A stretch of DNA of 57,771 nt, counting the filler, from Platydemus manokwari (lineage: Eukaryota), in assembly GCA_037951405.1 (NCBI GenBank). It is 5 parts of 5 records of this genome, joined end to end, with 100 filler letters (N's around TTAATTAATTAA, not from the genome) between each part and the next. Parts side by side here need not be neighbours in the genome. Positions count along the whole stretch, not along the records: positions 48,763 to 57,771 come from JBBMOY011314761.1; 4 more parts are not named here. One strand, written 5' to 3'. Position 1 is the stretch's first letter. Every line of letters begins with the position of its first letter. Both the position numbers and the translations under genes were made by a program. This document shows positions 51,302 to 57,771 of this stretch, piece by piece. Below the pieces are notes generated by a model, which saw only the letters and a program-made list of their open reading frames with translations, searched no databases and was not told where the DNA came from.

Positions 51302-53164
51302 CCGAAACTGCAATAAAATTTCGATTTTAATTTGTAGATTTATAATAACACAGATACCAGTCATTATTTTATCATTAAATTAATGATTATTTGTATATAG
51401 AATGGAATGAAATTGATTTAACAGCTAAAGTAATTGATGTATTCATATTTATAGTTTTCATTTAATTTATGCACTATAGTAATGACTAATCAAAAATAAA
51501 TCAATAATTCTTAATAAAAACAGAAGAATGGCTTCAGTTACATTATGATTGTGTTATGCAACAACATTTTTCTATTTATTATTATCCACCCATAAGATCA
51601 ATAATAATCAAGGTAATAGTTTCGTTGAATAGAGACGAAATCTTGCAAAATAAAAGCGATTTCGGCACTGCTAACATATATATGCCTACACAACCATATA
51701 TTCATGACAATAAACTAATCATAGCTAACTTAGATGGTAAACGATAATTTGAAAAAGGGACATATCAATACAAAGAAGGACAAATGCCAAGCTGGAAGCC
51801 AAGTTTATTCTCTTTTTTTTGAGATACTCTGTCAGATTTCAAAGTATTGTTCAGGTTGGTACATTTAAAGAAAACATAGTTTGCAACCTTGGATTCTTCA
51901 GTTGTTAACAGTTTTTTTAATACCATTAATAATGAACAAATCAGTGAGATAAAAATTATTCAAGAAAATTATATGTTAAAAATATTATGAAACATCTGAA
52001 ATGTAACATTGAGAACTGATGTCGAGTAATAAATTGGTGGGCTTTGAAAGATTAACATTATTCATAAAAAATTTCGAAGCACACGAGAAATCTTTAGGGT
52101 TACGAATTATAAACGAACAACTCAAATATAAGTCTTTGGACTCTCTATCAATGGTGCTTATGAAAGATCGACAGCAAAATAACATAATTAAGTATTTTAG
52201 ACATTAATATTGTTTGTTTTCAAATTTGATTGCTGGGTTCAGAGTAGTGTCCCCCAACGTTTTTACATCGATGCATAATATTGAGCTCTTTAAATTTTCA
52301 CGGCACACCCATCACAAAAATAAATATTTTCTACTCATAAAGAATTTTTGCAATGAAATAATATAAAACAAAGAAGATCATATGAGGAGAATTTTTATTC
52401 ACAAAAATACAACATATTCTGTATAGAATAATAATGGTGAATGTGAGTGGAACATTTGCACCTGGTGCTTCTTTACTACTATCGCAATTTGTGAATGAAT
52501 GTAAGAAAGACATAGTATTAACTCTTTTTCAATGTTTTCAAGTATTTCAAGTTTTTTTTTAATGTCGTTTAGGAAATAAAATCCCAGTCCACATAGGTAC
52601 AAAGTTGAGAATTTCACTAATACTTTGATGGGTTTTTTAGTAAAAGTTGAATACTCTTTCGTAGCAGATTCCAAAAAGGTGTGTAATGGCAGTTATGAGC
52701 ACTTCAATTTAAGTCCTCGATCCTCTTCATAAAAATTAATGTTGGAAAGATTAACGATTGATAAATCTAGGTAACGATTGCAAACTCAATCAAATTCTTC
52801 AATGCTCATTGAATGGAAATATTCTTCAATTTTATTTTCCAAAATTGTCAAAGTTTCACTAATAATAAGAATCATCTCGGTAACGCAAGTTTCGCGAATT
52901 GATGGAAACATATCCAAATCGTTTACCATCATTTTTTTCTTCTATATTGAAATGTTTTCTTAATTAATTAATTAAGTAATTAATTTACCTATTGTCTCTA
53001 GAATATTTTCATTTCTACCTTACACATTACTATTCAGACTATTGAGATGTCCAAACATCCAACTTAAATACTCTATTTTTGACATCGACAATTCATTTAT
53101 AAAGAATTTACTAAATATATCAAGAATTTCTTTTTCAAAAAAAGTTCTTTCTGAAGCTCAAATA

Positions 53165-53515
53165 CGATAACCATCTTATGTTTGTGTGTAAATGAACATA
53201 ATGGGAATCCATATCCTTGCACAGCAACTCAAAAATTCTAGACTTCAACGGCCGAATTTTTATGAAATTTACCATTTCAATCACTGGCCTCAAAGCCTTC
53301 TTTAGTTTACTTTGTGCTGTCTTTGAAACTAATACTTCTCTATGTAAAATAGCAATGAGTTCGTATGATGTTAGGATTCTATTTTTTCACTGAGGATACA
53401 AAATTTTTAACAGAATCAATAATTATTGGTGCTCTACTGATACATATTCCCACACATAAATCGTAGGATAAGTCATACTTTTCAAGGCATATTGTGATCG
53501 TATCAAAAATATCTT
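53165..53515 (-). mobile_element. hAT (Buster/Charlie/ZBED5-like) transposase fragment
   Basis: DIFDTI..LCVGICISRAP..KNFVSSVKK*NPNIIRTHC(fs)LHREVLVSK..VIEMVNFIKIRPLKSRIFELLCKDMDS..HTNIRWLS matches the hAT CxxH and RW motifs. The TDGA catalytic Asp is lost; one stop and one frameshift. Confidence 0.88.
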
Positions 53516-54094
53516 GAAATTTTTAAAGTTTAGGTAATTGTTTTTTTTTATTCTAACGAATTCCTATCTCTTTGATATTTTTATTTCAAAATGATACAAT
53601 TCAATTCCAATCAAACGTATTTACCTAATTAGGTCTCAATTCCCAACGAAATTCCATAATATTTCTGTCCACGATCTAATGTTTTATAATCTTTTATTCC
53701 TTGTCGTGGGTCTATATACTTAATTCATAGGCACCGCCGTTCATCTTCCTTTTTATCGGTGGGATAAGGTTTAAGATACAATGTTAGATAACAGCGCATA
53801 TTTCAAAGTAAAAATAAAGTAAACATAACAACACGTTATTTCCGTAGCATAGAATTGAAAAATATCATCCAAATAAATTCATCGGGTAATAATTTTCAGC
53901 TTGAGACCTAGAAATCCAAGAGCAATGTACCGGCATCATCTCTCTTGCTTTTCCCAATTTAAGCGAATTTCAGTTCAGAAAATCTCTAATATAAAATAAA
54001 TAATATAGAATCACCTTTGTGATTAAATGTATAAATTAATTCTTTATATTTTTGTTTCCTGTACCTAATTAATGTGGACTATAGTAAACATTCA

Positions 54095-54290
54095 ATTTCA
54101 TTGAAGCATTCCTTTTCTAAATCTGCGTCTTTATATCACTTGAAATTCCTGATAAAAATTGATCTATCAATATAATTATTATATTTTCAGCCTTCTGAGA
54201 ATTTTAGACAAATACCTTTCCTGCTAAGGAATATAAAAGAATACCAAATTCACGCACCGATTCATGAGGTTTTTGTTCGAAGGATTTGGC
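54095..54290 (-). mobile_element. LTR-retrotransposon gag (capsid C-terminal) remnant
   Basis: FEQKPHESVREFGILLYSLAGKVF*...LIDQFLSGISSDIKTQI* resembles the gag Q..ESv.eF...L..LA and dqFl.Gl motifs. Confidence 0.55.
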
Positions 54291-54389
54291 TTACTTCATC
54301 AATATTTTTACTTTTGATTTGTTTAATTACCTGTTTTACCATTCCTTTCAAATATAAAGGTTATCTCTGAATAATCTTTTTCTCTGTTT

Positions 54390-56260
54390 ATCTGCTCTCG
54401 AAACCCAACGTATAATAACCGTACATAAAATGGAAGAATTCAAAAGGGTTACGGTCGTATTGATTTAGTTGTAACTCATCCGTCTTCTTACTTGAATTAC
54501 TTTCTGCTGTGGATTCGCAGTCTCCTTTAAACTGTTTTAACGAAATCGTTTGCCACAGGTCATTATATATTGATTCTTCAAAATCATACGATGTATTCAC
54601 TTCTACATTCACTGGCACATCTTGTTCCGATTTTTCAATAGACTCATCGTTTTTTGATTATAATAAATTTCAAATTGAATTTCATTTACCTTCCCGACAA
54701 GAATTCAATAATTAATCAAATATTCATCTTCATCCTAATTTTGTATAAAATAAGTGAGTGTAATAAGCGCTTCACCTTTTAATTTCTCTGAAACTCGTCT
54801 TCTGATTCATTGAATTTTTGTAACCCAAAGTTCCTGAAAACTTTTAATTTTTACTCCTGAAATATATAATACGATTTCAAACAGGGAAGATCTAAACGTT
54901 CCCTTCTCCAAATTTGTCCAGTTAATAAAAATAGATTTCTGAAAATAAAATTAATCGGCATACTTTTTTGATATACGGCACCAACAAAGCTTCTAAATTC
55001 CAATTTTTAAAGATCATAATATTATCTTTAATTTACTTCAATTTTTCGACAATTTTACTAAAATCAATGGTAAAGTTTCATTCAATCGAAATTAAATATC
55101 ACCAGGGGCTTCTCTTTTTCCAAAATATCAGTTTTGAATTTTTGCAACAATATCAATTTCTGGCACGATGCCATAACTCATAAAATAATCATCATCATTC
55201 AGCATTCGGGAATCTGTCATCGAATATCAATAACTTTTGAAAATATGTCCAGTCTCGCTGTAACTAATATTCCCCAAAATCAACAACTTGAATATCAAAA
55301 ACTTTAGCATTACTTTTTCCTTTAATCGCATCCAAAATACTCGTTTGAAACTAGTAACATTACTTCGCCAAATCTAAGATGATACTGCTAGAGGAATTCT
55401 GTTTTCAACATTTTTCCAAATTGACATTTCCGACTTCTTTATTAAATTGCTTAGCCTTATTTTCGTCAAATTCTTTTAATATTCCATTTAGATGAATAGT
55501 AAGATTTTGAGATTCGTATATTCCGATTCTGTCAATCCAACGATTTACTTTATCTTGTATTGCTGATAATTCTGTTTCCGATTTTTCTATATCTTCTAGG
55601 AATGTTGTATTAATTCTGTTTTCAAATTCCTGAAAATTAACTTCATTTTTGAGAATCGGCTGTTGAAATTTGCTTCGATTGGAGGGACATGCTCACCCCA
55701 GTACCCAAAATTGCCATATAAATGTTTACATTTTCTTGAAGAAGAGATTTCTTGCTCTGCAGCTTTGTGCAATATGACATCTCCTGCCAAATTCAAAGAA
55801 AATTCGGGATTCATTACTTGACGATTTGTTTTGCCTGTAGTTGAATGAAGACTTGGTTGTTTGAAAATTATCGAAGACTTTTTGATTTTTGAAATTATTT
55901 GTGTAATGTCCAATTTGTAGACATTTGAAGCAAGTGACTCACGTCTGCCGTTTTGAGACGACGTTAGCGGGAGATAGTAGATAATTTGTGAATGTTTTGG
56001 TGGATCCATTGTTCGGAGATTTTGGTCTATCACTGTTTAGAGAAGAAATTGAATGTCTCTCAATTTTTCCCATTCAGAGATTTTTGGTTTCTATAGCTAA
56101 AATTGTGGGTTTCTTGTACATAGGAGTGCAGTTCATTTTGACTCTCATTGCCCTTTCAGTGCGTTTATCGTAGTCGGCGAATCTCACTCAACTTATCTCC
56201 CTCCTCCAGACGATTTAAAAAAAATTTTGTTGGTAGAATGGAATGAAAATGATGTCATTG
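54390..56260 (-). pseudogene. Unidentified decayed coding-like region
   Basis: Long protein-like stretches on the minus strand (55596-56033 ORF; FLEDIEKSETELSAIQDKVNRWIDRIG...; 54388-54618 ORF) broken by multiple stops and frameshifts. No family recognised. Confidence 0.35.
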
Positions 56261-57771
56261 CTAAGACCTTTATATTTATTGTTTGTATTTGATTTTCTTG
56301 TTTTTGTAATGAGTTATAAAAGTTAAAGAGAAGATTAGAAAGCCTTTGGAATGTTATATTTCAAATACTCACGGTATTCTTTTAAAAATTTTCAAGTAGA
56401 TAAATATTAAGAATTGGAATTGGTAAACTGAAAAAAGACATTAGTAACTCGGACTTGTTACTTTTATATTATATATATTTTCGGCAAAAATTTGGCATAA
56501 TTCAACATCGCAATCCAAGGAAAAATGCTTCAATAATAGAGATGATAAACTCCAGTCATTATCGATTGTATCAAAGCCATGAGAAACTTATTTTTTACAA
56601 TGAAATTGCTGTTAAAAATTTGAATAAAACAAATTTCGAAAAAAAACAGTTTACGGAAAGGAAAGGAGAAATATGCCACAAAAACAACTTTTTATATAGT
56701 GATATAAACTTTAGGGTGCTTGAGATATAGAGATTCAATCTCTAATTATCAATAACATTAAAATTATTCAAAAACATCAAGTTTGATTTTGATTATTATA
56801 AAAAATTGTTTATTATTAATCATATGTATAATCGATATCGGGGATACCTTTAATGTGTCCTAATTTTTGTATCTTATCATATTCTAATTGTGTCCTGCAT
56901 GGCTGGACCTCATGGTGACATGCTACAAAAATCAGGTCAACGAAACAGACTTCTGTCGATCATTTTATTCTAACAGTATTATAATGGACTCCACCCGAGT
57001 TAGTTGAAGATCTGTTTTAGTTATTCAATTTAAAATTTATTTTATTGATAGTTAAGAGCTAAGTGCTTGTAGCTACCGAGCACAAACATATTTGTAAAAG
57101 TTTTATTTTGATCTGTCTATCAATGAAAATCGGTTATAAAGATAGGAAGTTATTAATCTACACAGTTTGGTCATATGTTTTGCGTTTTGTTTGTGCTTTA
57201 GGTGGTGTTTTATAATGTTTTTGGCTGTAATGGATATGTTTTAGAAAATGTTGAAAATTATGTAGTCTAGCGGTAGATTGATAGTTCTTGTTATATTTAT
57301 CGTAACTGATAATAATAACCATTTTCAGTTATAATAATATATTGTATATTTTGTTGCTAGCAATTTGTTGTGTATATATTATTACTCTTTTTAGTTCTTT
57401 TTCAAACTCACTTAATATAAGTAATTTTCTTAAATCGAAAAGACAATACTGACAGATTTCTACTCTACACAAGTAAATATTAATTAAAAACTCGCCTTGT
57501 TTAGAATTTGTTAAATAGAATATTTTTTTTTAATTTTCATGTGTAATTCAAAAATATGTGATTTCAGTTATGGTTTCTTTGATATTTGATCGCTGAGAAA
57601 TTATTTTCTACTTTATTTAATAATATAAAAATACTCTACAGTGTGATCTTGCTTTTATTACTTTATAAATCAGTCTCAACCAACGACAAAAATAAAAATA
57701 ATAATCAAAATAATTATATTTTAATGCTTTTATTTAAATTTTAAATCAAATTAATAGAAAACCAACTACGT

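Noticed and set aside
52270-52330. Minus-strand IFIFCDGCAVK resembling the Sola-type DxCxxQNKN transposase motif
   Set aside because: The QNKN part and downstream GH..D motif are absent; too short to support.
1-57771. tRNA, rRNA, snRNA or spliced-leader RNA genes
   Set aside because: None recognised by eye, including at the RLE element junctions; an Infernal/tRNAscan run would be needed to exclude them.

Overview
AT-rich eukaryotic (metazoan) genomic DNA, not prokaryotic. It is five separate contigs joined by an artificial 100-nt linker (N44-TTAATTAATTAA-N44), so neighbourhoods across the linkers are not real. Innexin plus a 7-repeat protocadherin, 42-59-nt mini-introns and the transposon mix point to a spiralian, most plausibly a triclad planarian (inference). 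Intact genes: intronless ALG6, a divergent two-exon innexin, a 14-exon divergent PP2A scaffold (A-subunit) homologue, the large ectodomain exon of a protocadherin, RPB1 (one intron), and probably a small Lys/Arg/Cys-rich protamine-like gene. Mobile or decayed DNA: a Ty3/Gypsy remnant, a piggyBac-type MITE, a Tc1/mariner deletion derivative, a 5'-truncated RLE-type (NeSL/R5/R2-group) non-LTR element, hAT and gag fragments, and cytochrome P450 pseudogene pieces. Best leads: (1) an intronless ORF of roughly 520 codons with a catalytically dead REX4/ISG20-like DEDDh domain, split by the RLE retrotransposon; (2) a PP2A-A homologue that keeps the C-subunit-binding HEAT loops but has lost the B-subunit contact residues; (3) a protocadherin whose EC2-EC3 Ca2+ site is completely deleted; (4) an RPB1 CTD built from strictly alternating AGY- and TCN-coded heptads. 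All homology calls are by eye from motifs; no searches were run.
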